Shown here: positions 1 to 9,656 of the stretch, one piece after another
Layout of the letters: the number at the start of each line of letters is the position of its first letter
Numbering within the stretch: the stretch's first letter is position 1
Virus record (IMG/VR): IMGVR_UViG_3300005364_000001
Source: an uncultured virus (IMG/VR IMGVR_UViG_3300005364_000001)
Taxonomy: Duplodnaviria; Heunggongvirae; Uroviricota; Caudoviricetes
Direction: 5' to 3' (one strand)
DNA: 20,000 nt
Notes under the pieces: model-generated
Seen by the model: the letters and a program-made list of their open reading frames with translations, nothing else
Databases searched by the model: none
Told to the model about the DNA's origin: nothing
Made by a program: the position numbers and the translations under genes

Positions 1-1785
1 ATGCGATCGGTGCTCGGGTTCGGCGCCGCCTACGTCGGGATCAACGCGCTGACGGGGGCCTTCCGCGGGCTCGTCGGCGCGGCCTTCGCTTTCCAGTCGA
101 TCAACGACAAGAACGCCGTGTCGATCCAGGCGGTGCTCGCGGCCAGTCACCAGTTCGGCTCGATCGCGGATCCGGTCGAGCGCATGGCGGCCGCGGGGCG
201 TGTGGGCGCTGCCGTGTTCCGTGAGCTCCAGGACGACGCGCTGCGCAGCGTGGCGACGTCGCAGGAGCTCGCGTCGATCTACACGCAGGTCAGCGGCCCC
301 CTGATCGGCGCGGGCGCGCGCCTGAGCGAGGTCCGTCAGATCACGAACGACACGGTGGCCGCTGCGAGCGTGCTCGGCGTCGACTTCGCGCAGGCCGCGC
401 GCGACGTCAACCTCATGGCCACCGGCGTCGCAGGCCAGGACACGGCGCTCTTTCGCATGCTCAAGGCCACCAACGCGATCACGCAATCGACTGAGCAGTG
501 GAACGCGATGTTGCCGCAAAAGCGCGTCGAGGCGATGAAGGAGGCCCTCAGCAAGTTCGGCCCCGCGGGTAAGGAGTTCGAGAAATCGCTGCCTGGGATC
601 ACCTCGAGCTTCGTCGACTTCGTGCAGCGCTTCCGCGGCGCAGTCATGGCAGGTCCACTCGAATCGGTGCGCAAGCTGCTTGTGCGCATGGTGGGCGTCT
701 TTCAGCAGCACCAGACGCGGATCCTGGCGCTGCTGAGCGTGGTTGGCAGCAAGCTGGCAAGCTGGATGGACCCCGCGGTCGATCGCATCGTGTCGGCCAC
801 CGAGTGGTTCGTCATGCACTGGGATGTCGTCGCCTCGCGCATGGAGGTCGCGTGGAAGCGCCTCCAGGCGCTCGGCAGCATGGCGGCCCACTACGCGCCG
901 AGCCTCGCCGCGGGTGCCAAGACGGGCGGCGCGGCGATGCTGCTCGGCAAGATCGCGCCGGGCGCCGTCGGCGGCGCGGCGAGCGCTGTTAGCGCAGGCT
1001 GGGGCGGCGGCGCCGTGGCAGGCGCGGGTGCCCTCAGCACAGGGATCAGTCAGATCACGACGCTCATCTCCGTGGTCGCGGCGATGGGCGGCACCTTCAC
1101 GATCCTGCTGCCGATCCTCGCGGTGGTGATCGGGCTGGTCGCGCTGTTCGCGGACACGTGGTCGCACTTCGTGCCGATCCTCGGGATCGTGTGGTCGATG
1201 GCGCAGCTCTTTTTCGGCGGCCTGTGGGAGATCGTGTCGAGCTTGTTCGGGGCGCTCATGCCGCTGCTCAAGATCGTCGGCGTGATCGTGGGCTCCGTGA
1301 TCGCGCTCGGGGCCGTACTCGCGTTCGTGTTCCTGCGCGTGTTTTTGGCCGTCTTCGGCGTCGTGGTCGCCATCCTGACGGGCATCTTCAACTTCCTGCG
1401 CGACGTCTTCACGTGGATCTATGAGCACATCGTCGGGCTTTTCACGGGGCTGCTCGACCTGATCGGCTCGGCGCACAAGGACCTCCTGCCGCAAGGGCGC
1501 GCGCCCACGGGCTTCGTCGACGACATGCGCAAGCAGCTCGCGAGCGTCATGGACCGCTTCAGCGGGCAGGCGGCCGAGGACAAGACGATCCTCGGGCAGG
1601 CCGACGCCGGCGCCCCTGGCACGCGCAAGACCACGATCAACGACTTCCGCGGGTCGAAGATCGAGGTCAAGCAGGACTTCCGCGACGCCAACCCCGATCG
1701 CGTGTGGCTCCAGATGCTCGACGGCGTCAACGCTGCGGCCGATCAGCGGCTCGGCTCGGCGCTCGTGCCTGAGTTCACGAGGTAA
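1..1785 (+). CDS. Tail tape measure protein (probably 5'-truncated by the window edge)
   Basis: Ala/Gly/Leu-rich helical ORF with a long hydrophobic segment (about aa 345-485) and a C-terminal TTINDFRGSKIEVKQDF segment; lies directly upstream of LysM/hub/spike genes. Confidence 0.8.
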   Translation: MRSVLGFGAAYVGINALTGAFRGLVGAAFAFQSINDKNAVSIQAVLAASHQFGSIADPVERMAAAGRVGAAVFRELQDDALRSVATSQELASIYTQVSGPLIGAGARLSEVRQITNDTVAAASVLGVDFAQAARDVNLMATGVAGQDTALFRMLKATNAITQSTEQWNAMLPQKRVEAMKEALSKFGPAGKEFEKSLPGITSSFVDFVQRFRGAVMAGPLESVRKLLVRMVGVFQQHQTRILALLSVVGSKLASWMDPAVDRIVSATEWFVMHWDVVASRMEVAWKRLQALGSMAAHYAPSLAAGAKTGGAAMLLGKIAPGAVGGAASAVSAGWGGGAVAGAGALSTGISQITTLISVVAAMGGTFTILLPILAVVIGLVALFADTWSHFVPILGIVWSMAQLFFGGLWEIVSSLFGALMPLLKIVGVIVGSVIALGAVLAFVFLRVFLAVFGVVVAILTGIFNFLRDVFTWIYEHIVGLFTGLLDLIGSAHKDLLPQGRAPTGFVDDMRKQLASVMDRFSGQAAEDKTILGQADAGAPGTRKTTINDFRGSKIEVKQDFRDANPDRVWLQMLDGVNAAADQRLGSALVPEFTR

Positions 1786-1790
1786 GGGCG

Positions 1791-2864
1791 ATGGAGGGCG
1801 CGCCGATCACGATCACCGAGCGCAGCGGCCGCCAGCGCTCGATCACGCTCAGCAGCCGCGCGAGCTCGTTCCGCGGGCAGGCCAGCTTCGCGATCGGCCA
1901 GCGCGCGAAGGTCACGTACTACAGCGGTAACCCCGTCGGCACCATGCAGCTGTTCGGCCCGACCTTCGACTTCCCCACGACGCTGACCGGCATCTGGCGC
2001 GATCGCTACCTCGGCGAGGACGGCGCGCAGCTGGTCACCGTGCAGGGCTTCCCGCCGCCCAAGACCGCCGAGGACCTCGAGGGGTGCTTCGCCGACCTGA
2101 TCAAGTCGGGCTCCGATCTGGTCGTGCAATACAGCCACTGGCGGCGCTACGGGGTGCTCAAGACCTTTACCGCCAAGCCCGACCGCACCGAGGACGTGCA
2201 TTGGGAAGCGGAGTTCATGTGGTACGCCGACGGCGTCACCAAGGCGCCGCGCTCGAGCTCGCCGGCGCAGTTCGACCCGGCCAAGGTCAAGGCGCGCATG
2301 AGCGAGCTCAGCGACCACGCCACCTTCGACCCGCTCGACACGCTGGTGGCCTTCCAGGCCAAGGTCTTTCAGGCGATCGCGGACACGGAGGGCCGGGTCA
2401 ACGACCTGCTCGAGCAGGGGCGCACGCTGGCGGGCCTTCTGACCCTGCCCGCGCGGGTCGTGCAGGGCGTACGCGCCGCGGCGACCTCGATCGCGTTTTC
2501 AGCGGGGCAGCTGATCGAGGAGGTCGCCGGCGTCCCGTACACCTACGCGCAGGTCGTCGACGACGTCGGCAGCCTGCTCCAGGCCGAGGCCTGGCGGCGC
2601 GAGGCGGCGTTTTTGGCGGGGCAGCTACGTGCGGCCGCGCTCGACGCCGCCCGGGCGCTCGAGAAGCGCCAGGAGCCTGAGGGCGTGCGGGTCGTGACCG
2701 TCGACGGCACCGGGTCGCTGCGCGCCGTGGCGCTGCGCGAGTACGGCTCGGCCGACGCTTGGGGCCAGATCGCCGACGCCAACGGCTTCGACGGCCCCTT
2801 CGTCGAGCCCGGGACCGAGGTGTTCGTGCCCCCTGCGCGGCCCGCCAGCACGGGCTCGACCTAA
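1791..2864 (+). CDS. Tail/baseplate protein with C-terminal LysM / tail-X-like domain
   Basis: C-terminal GSLRAVALREYGSADAWGQIADANGFDGPFVEPGTEVFVP fits the LysM/tail-X pattern; canonical position after the tape measure; AAGGG upstream of ATG. Confidence 0.75.
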   Translation: MEGAPITITERSGRQRSITLSSRASSFRGQASFAIGQRAKVTYYSGNPVGTMQLFGPTFDFPTTLTGIWRDRYLGEDGAQLVTVQGFPPPKTAEDLEGCFADLIKSGSDLVVQYSHWRRYGVLKTFTAKPDRTEDVHWEAEFMWYADGVTKAPRSSSPAQFDPAKVKARMSELSDHATFDPLDTLVAFQAKVFQAIADTEGRVNDLLEQGRTLAGLLTLPARVVQGVRAAATSIAFSAGQLIEEVAGVPYTYAQVVDDVGSLLQAEAWRREAAFLAGQLRAAALDAARALEKRQEPEGVRVVTVDGTGSLRAVALREYGSADAWGQIADANGFDGPFVEPGTEVFVPPARPASTGST

Positions 2865-4802
2865 GTGCCGGTCTACCGCCCCAGCGCCGCGCTACGGCTG
2901 TCTGTACGCCTCGACGAGGGGCGCCAGACCGCCGAGCTGCTCGCGCGGCTCGAGCCCCCGAGGCAGGCGGACACGAGCGCGATCGGCAAGCCCGAGAGCG
3001 GGGTGCAGACCGAGGCGCCGCGGGAGATCCGCGCCTCAGCCCAGCAGATCAGCACCCTGGCCAAGCTCGACGAGGCCACCGGCGGCGCCGACCCCGCGCT
3101 CAAGCGCGAGCTCGAGCGCGTGCTTCAGAAGCGGCGCGAGCTCGAGCTCATCGCCGCACCGAGCGACCAGCCCGAGGCACTCGCGGGCAGCGCCCCCGAC
3201 GGGCTCTCGATCACGATCGGCTCGCTGCCGGTGGTGCGCTGCTCGATCGCGCGCGCCAGCTTCCGCACGGGCGACAAAGCCAGCTTCGAGCTGAGCTACT
3301 ACGACGCCCCCTTCAACCCGGTGCTCATGCGCTCGGCGGGCGTCGAGCTCAGCCTCGACGTGATCAGCGCCGAGGAGTTCGACGCCGGCGTGCACGGCAT
3401 GCGGCGCGAGGACGGCAGCCGCTACAGCACCGTCGAGGACCTGCCAGGCGTCACGCGCGCGACGCGCTTTCTCGGCTTCGTGTCGAAGTGGAACCTCGAG
3501 TTCGGCGACGACGGCCCGCGCGTGATCGCCGAGGCGCAGGACATGATGAGCCTGCTCCGCGACACGCCGCTGCCGGCGGATCTCGAGATCGACCACGACC
3601 TGCCGATCGAGCAGGGGATCAAGGCGATGCTCGAGAGCTTCCCCGCAACGAGGGGGATCAAGGTCGTCTTCGGCCCGCCAGGCGAGGGGCGCACCGGCCC
3701 GATCCCCGACACGGCGGCCGCGCGCCGAAAGAAGACGGTCAAGAAGGGTAAGCGCCGGGTCCGGCGTAACGCCGAGAATACGAACATCTGGGATCACGTC
3801 ACCGACGTCTGTGTGGGCGTGGCGTGCATCCCGTGCGTCGACGGGCTGGTGCTGCGCATCGACTACGCGCGCACGCTGTACGGCACGCAGCCCAAGGTCC
3901 CGCGCATGGTCTGGGGTCGTAACCTCGAGAACCTGCGCTTTTCGCGGGCGATGGCGGGCGCCAAGACGCCCACCGTCGAGGCGCGCAGCTACTCGAGCGA
4001 TCTCAAGCGCACGATCGCAGCGCGCTACCCCGACCCCGATGGCTTCGGGGTGGCCGTGATCGGCGTGCGCGAGTTCCCCGCCAAGCCGCCGCGCGCGACG
4101 CGCGTGCTGCCCTCGGGCAAGCCCGACCAGACGATCCGCGTGGTGGGCGTGTCGGGCATCTCGAGCGGCCCGCTGCTGCAAGACATCGCGCGCGGCATCT
4201 ACGAGGAGACCGCGCGCCAGGAGATCGAGGGCAGCTTCACAACGAAGGATCCCTCGAGCTACGAGGTCGACTTCGCCGCGGCCAACCTGCTCGACCTCAA
4301 GGCGGGGCAGCCGATCCGCATCGAGATCGACGCGCGCGGGCAGGGCGAGATCGGCGACGCAGTCACGGCGCTCCAGGGCATGACGCTCCCTGAGCGGGTG
4401 GCGCGGCTCGAGCAGGCGGGCTTTCGGCGCCAGGTCGCGAGCGCGTACGCGGTGCTGCTCGACGCGCAGAACCTCCAGACCGTGTTCTGCGTGAGCACGG
4501 TCGACCTCGACTTCGACCAGGACGACGGGCTGAAGGTCGAGGTGAATTTCCAAAACTACATCGTGGTGCGCGAGGAGGCGCAGGCCTCGGCGGCCGCGGC
4601 GCCGACCAAGCGCGCCAGCGCCCGCACGGCAGGCCAGAAGGGGCCCGCGGCGGCGCGCGTGCGCGCCAACAGCGAGCAGCGCGCCAAGGGCGAGCAGAAC
4701 CCGCAAGCGCCGAAGTACGTCGACCTACGCGACCGCGCGCGCGAGGGGGCAGACGCCGACTACTACGACGAGCTTTTCGCGGACCCGCAGACCCGGTTCT
4801 GA
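2865..4802 (+). CDS. Putative baseplate hub protein (gpD/gp27-like)
   Basis: 645 aa, GTG start abutting the previous stop; lies between the LysM protein and the spike; hub-like C-terminal segment (LLDLKAGQPIRIEI...FCVSTVDLDFDQDDGLKVEVNF). Confidence 0.65.
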   Translation: MPVYRPSAALRLSVRLDEGRQTAELLARLEPPRQADTSAIGKPESGVQTEAPREIRASAQQISTLAKLDEATGGADPALKRELERVLQKRRELELIAAPSDQPEALAGSAPDGLSITIGSLPVVRCSIARASFRTGDKASFELSYYDAPFNPVLMRSAGVELSLDVISAEEFDAGVHGMRREDGSRYSTVEDLPGVTRATRFLGFVSKWNLEFGDDGPRVIAEAQDMMSLLRDTPLPADLEIDHDLPIEQGIKAMLESFPATRGIKVVFGPPGEGRTGPIPDTAAARRKKTVKKGKRRVRRNAENTNIWDHVTDVCVGVACIPCVDGLVLRIDYARTLYGTQPKVPRMVWGRNLENLRFSRAMAGAKTPTVEARSYSSDLKRTIAARYPDPDGFGVAVIGVREFPAKPPRATRVLPSGKPDQTIRVVGVSGISSGPLLQDIARGIYEETARQEIEGSFTTKDPSSYEVDFAAANLLDLKAGQPIRIEIDARGQGEIGDAVTALQGMTLPERVARLEQAGFRRQVASAYAVLLDAQNLQTVFCVSTVDLDFDQDDGLKVEVNFQNYIVVREEAQASAAAAPTKRASARTAGQKGPAAARVRANSEQRAKGEQNPQAPKYVDLRDRAREGADADYYDELFADPQTRF

Positions 4803-4806
4803 GAGG

Positions 4807-5040
4807 ATGGCCCTCATGGATCAGCCCAGCCCCGACACGCCCCAGCCCATCACGCGGGCCCCGCTGAGCGCGGGCTTTCGTCGCGACGAGGTCGAGCTCG
4901 CCTGCGTGATCTTCGAGAAGCTCAGCGTGGGCGCCGACGTGGCGATCATGGCGCGCTCAGCCGCGGGGGTGCGCCTGCATCGCCGGTTCCTCGTCCTGCG
5001 CGAGCAGCTGCGCGGCGCCAGCGCCGAGGGCGGTATCTAA
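4807..5040 (+). CDS. Small hypothetical protein
   Basis: 77 aa ORF filling the gap between hub and spike; TAATG overlap with the next gene; alternative start at ATG 4816 behind GAGG. Confidence 0.55.
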   Translation: MALMDQPSPDTPQPITRAPLSAGFRRDEVELACVIFEKLSVGADVAIMARSAAGVRLHRRFLVLREQLRGASAEGGI

Positions 5041-5783
5041 TGCCAGGGCGCACGGCACGCTCGCTGCGGGGGATCGACGCGACCAGGCTCGGCCAGGCGG
5101 CCGCGCGGCCGGGCATCGATCCGCGCACGTGGGTGGTGCTCGGGCGCGTAGTCGAGGTCGAGCTCGAGGGCGGCGATCAGATCGTGGTCGTGCGTGCCGA
5201 CGAGGGGGCGCTCGCGGGCGAAACGATCGTGTGCGAGGTCGGGGTGCACGTGGCGAGCTCGGGCGCATTCGCGAGCTCGCCGATCCGCGTGGGCGACTTC
5301 GCCGCCGTGATCGTGCAGGGCGGCGACGCCAACAACCTGCCGCTGGTGGTGGCGTTCAGCCACACCGCCGACACGCCACCGCCCAAGGCGGTCAATGGCG
5401 TGGCGATCGATGCGGCGCTGCTCGCGGGCTCGTACGTGCTGGCCGACACGGAGCGCCGGGTCGAGCTCGAGCTCAAGGGCCTGCGCCTGGTCGCGGAGAA
5501 GGTCGAGCTCGGGCCCGACCCGACGCCGACGCAGCCCTTCGTGCGCGGCCAGGCCTTCGCCGATGCCCTCAGCGCGTGGCTCGACGGCTGCGATTCGTTC
5601 GGCTCGATCATCGAGATGCAGTTCGGGGTGCTCTCGCAGGCGGCGATCGGCCCGCTCGCGCCCTTGAAGGTGCCATTCGAGGCGATCAAGGCGGGCGCGA
5701 CCATGTGGCGCTCGAGCATTGCGACGCTCAAGAGTCATCTCGTCGCGGGCGACATGCTGTCCACGACCATCACGGGGGAGTAG
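5040..5783 (+). CDS. Putative baseplate spike / assembly protein V-like
   Basis: N-terminal OB-like region with SPIRVGDFAAVIVQGGDANNLPLVV (gpV-like P..GD.V.V...GD...P pattern); position after the hub. Confidence 0.65.
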   Translation: MPGRTARSLRGIDATRLGQAAARPGIDPRTWVVLGRVVEVELEGGDQIVVVRADEGALAGETIVCEVGVHVASSGAFASSPIRVGDFAAVIVQGGDANNLPLVVAFSHTADTPPPKAVNGVAIDAALLAGSYVLADTERRVELELKGLRLVAEKVELGPDPTPTQPFVRGQAFADALSAWLDGCDSFGSIIEMQFGVLSQAAIGPLAPLKVPFEAIKAGATMWRSSIATLKSHLVAGDMLSTTITGE

Positions 5784-5788
5784 GGCGC

Positions 5789-6856
5789 ATGAGCCTCGTC
5801 TTCACGACCAACGTCTTGCTCCCCGCACTCGGCGACAAGTTCGGGCAGCTCCTGATCGCGCTCAAGACCGCGCTCGTCGCGAGCGGTCGCTGGCGCGTGC
5901 GCGGCTCAGGCGATGGCAAGGCGGCGTTTCAGCTCATGGGGCAGACGGGGGGCATCGCCGGCTCGTTCGACGTGTTCACGGCGAGCCCCGCGTGGTCGCA
6001 GGACACGTCCGCCTACAACGCTGCGCGTAACAACAGCATCACGCAGCCGCGTGCGTGGCTCCTGCTCGAGGAGATCGCGAGTGGGCGCGTCCTGCTGGCC
6101 CAGCGAGTCGCGTACAACGGCGGCGCCAACGAATCCATCTCGGGCACCGTCGCGGTTGCTACCGCCGTCGCGAGCAGCGGGGCGACCGCGAACACCCCGC
6201 CCGTACTGACGGGCAACTCCGCCTTTCTGGCCGGCAACGCTTGGAACGATAACGGCAACAACTCGCCGCAGTTCTGCGATGGCGCGTTCGGCGACTTCGC
6301 CATCGGCTCGACCCACCAAGGGTGGCTTCAGATCGGCGTTGAGACTGCCGCGCGCGCGGGCAACGTGTCGCCGTGGTATTTCGCCGTCTGGAATCGCACC
6401 ACCGGAACGCGCGCGATGGGCGCGATCTGGGAGTCGCTGACGGATGTCGACGTCGGGCAGACGCACCCACTGGCGTGCGCCTTCGGCGCCTGGTCGCGCG
6501 TGTTCGGCACGATCGGCAACGGCAGCACCGGGCCTATTCACGCAGGCTCAGCATGGCGCGGTGGCGATACGCTCGCGCTCTGCACGCTCGGCTATCAGCA
6601 GCTCGTCGGCATCGGCGCAACGCCGCCCGCCTACCAGCAAGCGGGCAACGACGGGAAGTTCAGAACAGAGAGACCCTGGGTGCTCGTGCCGAGCATCGGG
6701 AGCCGCCTGCTCGGCCGCCTCGAGCACGCCTACCTGAATAAGGTCAGCCGCGAGTACCCGACGACGTACAACGTGCTCGATGCAGAAGCACGGCTCACGC
6801 TCGGCCATCTGATCGTGCCGTGGCAGACGGGCATCATTCCCTCGAGCTCGCCGTAG
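5789..6856 (+). CDS. Putative tail fibre / receptor-binding-associated protein (355 aa)
   Basis: Start taken at ATG 5789 (MSLVFTTNV...), 5 nt after the previous stop; rich in G/S/T/N/W; codon usage less GC-biased than neighbours. Confidence 0.55.
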   Translation: MSLVFTTNVLLPALGDKFGQLLIALKTALVASGRWRVRGSGDGKAAFQLMGQTGGIAGSFDVFTASPAWSQDTSAYNAARNNSITQPRAWLLLEEIASGRVLLAQRVAYNGGANESISGTVAVATAVASSGATANTPPVLTGNSAFLAGNAWNDNGNNSPQFCDGAFGDFAIGSTHQGWLQIGVETAARAGNVSPWYFAVWNRTTGTRAMGAIWESLTDVDVGQTHPLACAFGAWSRVFGTIGNGSTGPIHAGSAWRGGDTLALCTLGYQQLVGIGATPPAYQQAGNDGKFRTERPWVLVPSIGSRLLGRLEHAYLNKVSREYPTTYNVLDAEARLTLGHLIVPWQTGIIPSSSP

Positions 6857-6858
6857 TC

Positions 6859-8025
6859 ATGGCCGACTTTACAGACGCGATCTTCGACGACGTCAGCGAC
6901 GCGCTGCTGCTCTGGCCAGACGATGCGATGAGCGGGGCCGATCTTCAGCCGCCGCTGCTTTCGATCTTGCCCGCGAGCGGCGCGCCGCTGCTGGCCGCCG
7001 ACGCGATCACGATCGAGGCGACCGACGACCGCGTGATCGCGATCGTGACGATCTACTCGGGCGATCGCGTGGTCTACGACGGCGACCACTTCACCGCGGA
7101 CTATGCAGGGTCGAGCTCGCGGGCGTACCTGACCAACGGCGTGCGCTTGGGCGTGCGCCGGACCGGCGGCTGGGTGGCGGGGCCCCTGATCATCGACTCG
7201 GTCGTGATCGATACGGGCGGCAACGTCCAACGCATCACCGCGCAGTTCGAGGTACCGGCGACGCCGATCGAGCTGCCGCCCCCGATCGAGCCGCCCCCGC
7301 CGGGCACGGGCACGTTGCCCGCCAGCGCCATCGAGCAGATCGCCACCAACGCGATCCGGGTGCGCATCGACGGCGACGTGCCCATCTCGAACCCGGGCGA
7401 CGTGCACGATGCGCTCTACGATCGCGGCTGGTGGCTCGATGCGCCCTACGACCCCGAGGCGCATGTGCCGCGCGTCATCTGGGCCCAGCGCGACACGAGC
7501 GAGACCGTGATCCTGTACCTCGACGCCGAGCTCGACGGGCCCGGGTGCCAGTATCGGCTGATCGGCAGCACGGAGGTCTTTGGCCAGGTGCCGATCGAGG
7601 CCCGCTCGCGCACCTTCCGCACGTTTGGCCCGCCGGCGTCGAACGTGGTCGCCAAGCGCAGGCAGCGCAGCTTCGACCTCGCCAACGAGGCGCCCGGGCA
7701 GCTCCAGCTCGACGCCGACGGCGACTACCGCACCGACGCGGACTTCGAGACACGGCGCAAGCGCGTCGCGCGCCGGCTCAACACCCCTCGGGGCACCTTC
7801 GCCCACCTGCCGGACTACGGCTTGGCGCTGCCGCTCAAGCGCTTGCTCCGGGTGGGCGACTTGCGTCGGCTTCAGGGCGACGCGCTCGAGCAGATCGAGC
7901 TCGAGGGCATCGTGGGCGCCGAGGTCTCGATCCAGCAGCCCGAGGCGGGGATCGTGCGCCTGACGGTGCGCGGCCAGGGCCTCGGGAACGAGGGCGTCAC
8001 CGTGGAGTGCGAGACAGGCGAGTAG
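6859..8025 (+). CDS. Baseplate wedge protein with C-terminal gp25/GPW-like domain and N-terminal beta-rich domains
   Basis: Start ATG 6859; C-terminal DADGDY...RRLNTPRGTFAHLPDYG fits the gp25/W pattern; Pro linker PPPIEPPPPG; directly upstream of baseplate J. Confidence 0.7.
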   Translation: MADFTDAIFDDVSDALLLWPDDAMSGADLQPPLLSILPASGAPLLAADAITIEATDDRVIAIVTIYSGDRVVYDGDHFTADYAGSSSRAYLTNGVRLGVRRTGGWVAGPLIIDSVVIDTGGNVQRITAQFEVPATPIELPPPIEPPPPGTGTLPASAIEQIATNAIRVRIDGDVPISNPGDVHDALYDRGWWLDAPYDPEAHVPRVIWAQRDTSETVILYLDAELDGPGCQYRLIGSTEVFGQVPIEARSRTFRTFGPPASNVVAKRRQRSFDLANEAPGQLQLDADGDYRTDADFETRRKRVARRLNTPRGTFAHLPDYGLALPLKRLLRVGDLRRLQGDALEQIELEGIVGAEVSIQQPEAGIVRLTVRGQGLGNEGVTVECETGE

Positions 8026-8035
8026 GATTGAGCGC

Positions 8036-9166
8036 ATGGACCTGCCGACCCGAAATGACCTGTTCGACGCGGCCGCGCGCGAGGTGATCGCCCGCTCGGA
8101 GGCCCGCGCGCCGGGTAAGCGCATCGCCCCGGCGGCGATCTACACCGAGGGCTCCGACGTCAACGTGCTGCTGGCCGGCGGCTCGGCGATGGCCGAGGAG
8201 GTGCTGCGCCAGGCCGCCAAGGCCGATGCCGACAAGTGGCTCGACTCAGCCCGCGGCGAGGCGCTCGACCGGCTCGTGCTCGACCGGACCAGCCGCGAGG
8301 TGATCCGCAAGGGGGCCGCTCCCGCCTACGTGGTGGTCAGCCTCGAGCGGCACGCCGGCCCGCTCGAGGCGATCACGCTCCCCGCCGGCAAGCGCCTGCG
8401 CACGGCGGGGCAGATCGAGTTCGAGCTCCTGACGCAGGTCTCACTAGGCGCCGGCGTCACGGGGCCGCTCTCGGCGACGGCGAGGGCGGTCCTGGCCGGC
8501 ACCGCGGCCAACATCGCCCCGGGCACGCTGGTCGAGATCGTCGCCACGCCCGATCGCGAGCTCACCGTGCAGAACCCCGGGCCGGCGACGGGCGGCTACG
8601 ACCGCGAGCCGGACGCGGCCTACCGCGGCCGCGCGCGGGCCTTTTACCGCACTGCCCGGCGGGGCACGATCCCCGCGATCGAGTTCGGGGCCATCTCGAC
8701 GCCGGGGGTGGCGTTCGCGACGGTCGAGGAGGGCCTCGACGAGCTCGGCGACCCGAACGGGTTTGTGTACGTGTACGTCGGCGACGTGACGGGGCAGGCG
8801 AACGCCCCGCTCGTGTCGCGGGTCAAGCAGGAGCTACGCGAGTACCGCTGCGGCGGCATCCCGCCCGTAATCGTCGGGGCGACGCCCGAGTACATCGAGG
8901 TCCGCTACCGCCCGAGCGTGCTCGCGGGCTACGACCCCGAGACCGTGCTCGAGCAGCTGCGCTTCGCGACGGTGGCGCTCGTGAACCAGGTGGCGCCGAA
9001 CAAGCCGCTCGAGCGCTCGCTGCTCTACTCGATCGCGCGCCGGGTACCGGGCCTCATCGTGCGCGATGAGCTGATCGCCTCGCCCACGGGCGACATCTAC
9101 CCAAGCGCACCGGGGCGGGTGCTGCGCACGACGCCCGATCGGGTGCAGCTCGAGGCGAGCGCGTGA
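8036..9166 (+). CDS. Baseplate J-like (gpJ/gp47) protein
   Basis: Motifs DSARGEALDRL, LPAGKRL, ARAVLAGTAANIAPGTL, NPGPATGGYDREPDAAYRGRAR...RGT. Confidence 0.9.
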   Translation: MDLPTRNDLFDAAAREVIARSEARAPGKRIAPAAIYTEGSDVNVLLAGGSAMAEEVLRQAAKADADKWLDSARGEALDRLVLDRTSREVIRKGAAPAYVVVSLERHAGPLEAITLPAGKRLRTAGQIEFELLTQVSLGAGVTGPLSATARAVLAGTAANIAPGTLVEIVATPDRELTVQNPGPATGGYDREPDAAYRGRARAFYRTARRGTIPAIEFGAISTPGVAFATVEEGLDELGDPNGFVYVYVGDVTGQANAPLVSRVKQELREYRCGGIPPVIVGATPEYIEVRYRPSVLAGYDPETVLEQLRFATVALVNQVAPNKPLERSLLYSIARRVPGLIVRDELIASPTGDIYPSAPGRVLRTTPDRVQLEASA

Positions 9167-9438
9167 CCAAGGTCATCGACCTTGAGCGCGCGCGCAATCG
9201 GCGCCTGCCGCTGCGCCAGTGCGCGATCGTGTCGCAAGTGCCCGGCGACGCCTTTGTCGACGTGAATGAGATCTTCGACCGCGAGGGCAACCCGGTCGCG
9301 GGGCGCGTGCTGACCTTCCACTTCGATCGCGAGGACTGGAATCAAGCGGTCCCGCCCATCGTGATCAGCGGCGCGCAGCTGCGCCTTCTGGCCGACGCAC
9401 TGCTCAAGGCCGCGCTGCCCGAGCCCGAGGACCCATGA
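9163..9438 (+). CDS. Hypothetical protein (91 aa)
   Basis: GTGA and ATGA overlaps at both ends indicate translational coupling; N-terminus MTKVIDLERARNRR. Confidence 0.65.
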   Translation: MTKVIDLERARNRRLPLRQCAIVSQVPGDAFVDVNEIFDREGNPVAGRVLTFHFDREDWNQAVPPIVISGAQLRLLADALLKAALPEPEDP

Positions 9439-9656
9439 GAGCCCCGCTGCGGCAGTTCATCGACGACGTCAAGGCATGGTGCGCTGAGCATGACGCCGAT
9501 TTCGTGAGCGCCGGCCAGGTGCTCTGGCATGACGAGCCGAGCTATCAGGCCGAGATCCAGTTCGCCAACGGGCGCAGCTTCTCAGCGCTCGCGCCGACCC
9601 CGAAGGAGGCCCTCGAGGACCTGGCGCGGCTCGGTCCGATCGTAGGTGGCACATGA
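9435..9656 (+). CDS. Hypothetical protein (73 aa), weak HicB-like motif
   Basis: ATGA-coupled at both ends; GAGGA upstream; C-terminal YQAEIQF...SALAPTPKEALEDL. Confidence 0.6.
   Translation: MRAPLRQFIDDVKAWCAEHDADFVSAGQVLWHDEPSYQAEIQFANGRSFSALAPTPKEALEDLARLGPIVGGT

Noticed and set aside
5129..5788. N-terminal extension of the 575-aa ORF
   Set aside because: Arg/Gly-rich shadow frame overlapping the spike gene; plausible start is ATG 5789
3036..8124. Long minus-strand ORFs (3036-4706, 6730-8124) and similar
   Set aside because: Antisense shadows of high-GC genes; low-complexity R/A/G/L translation
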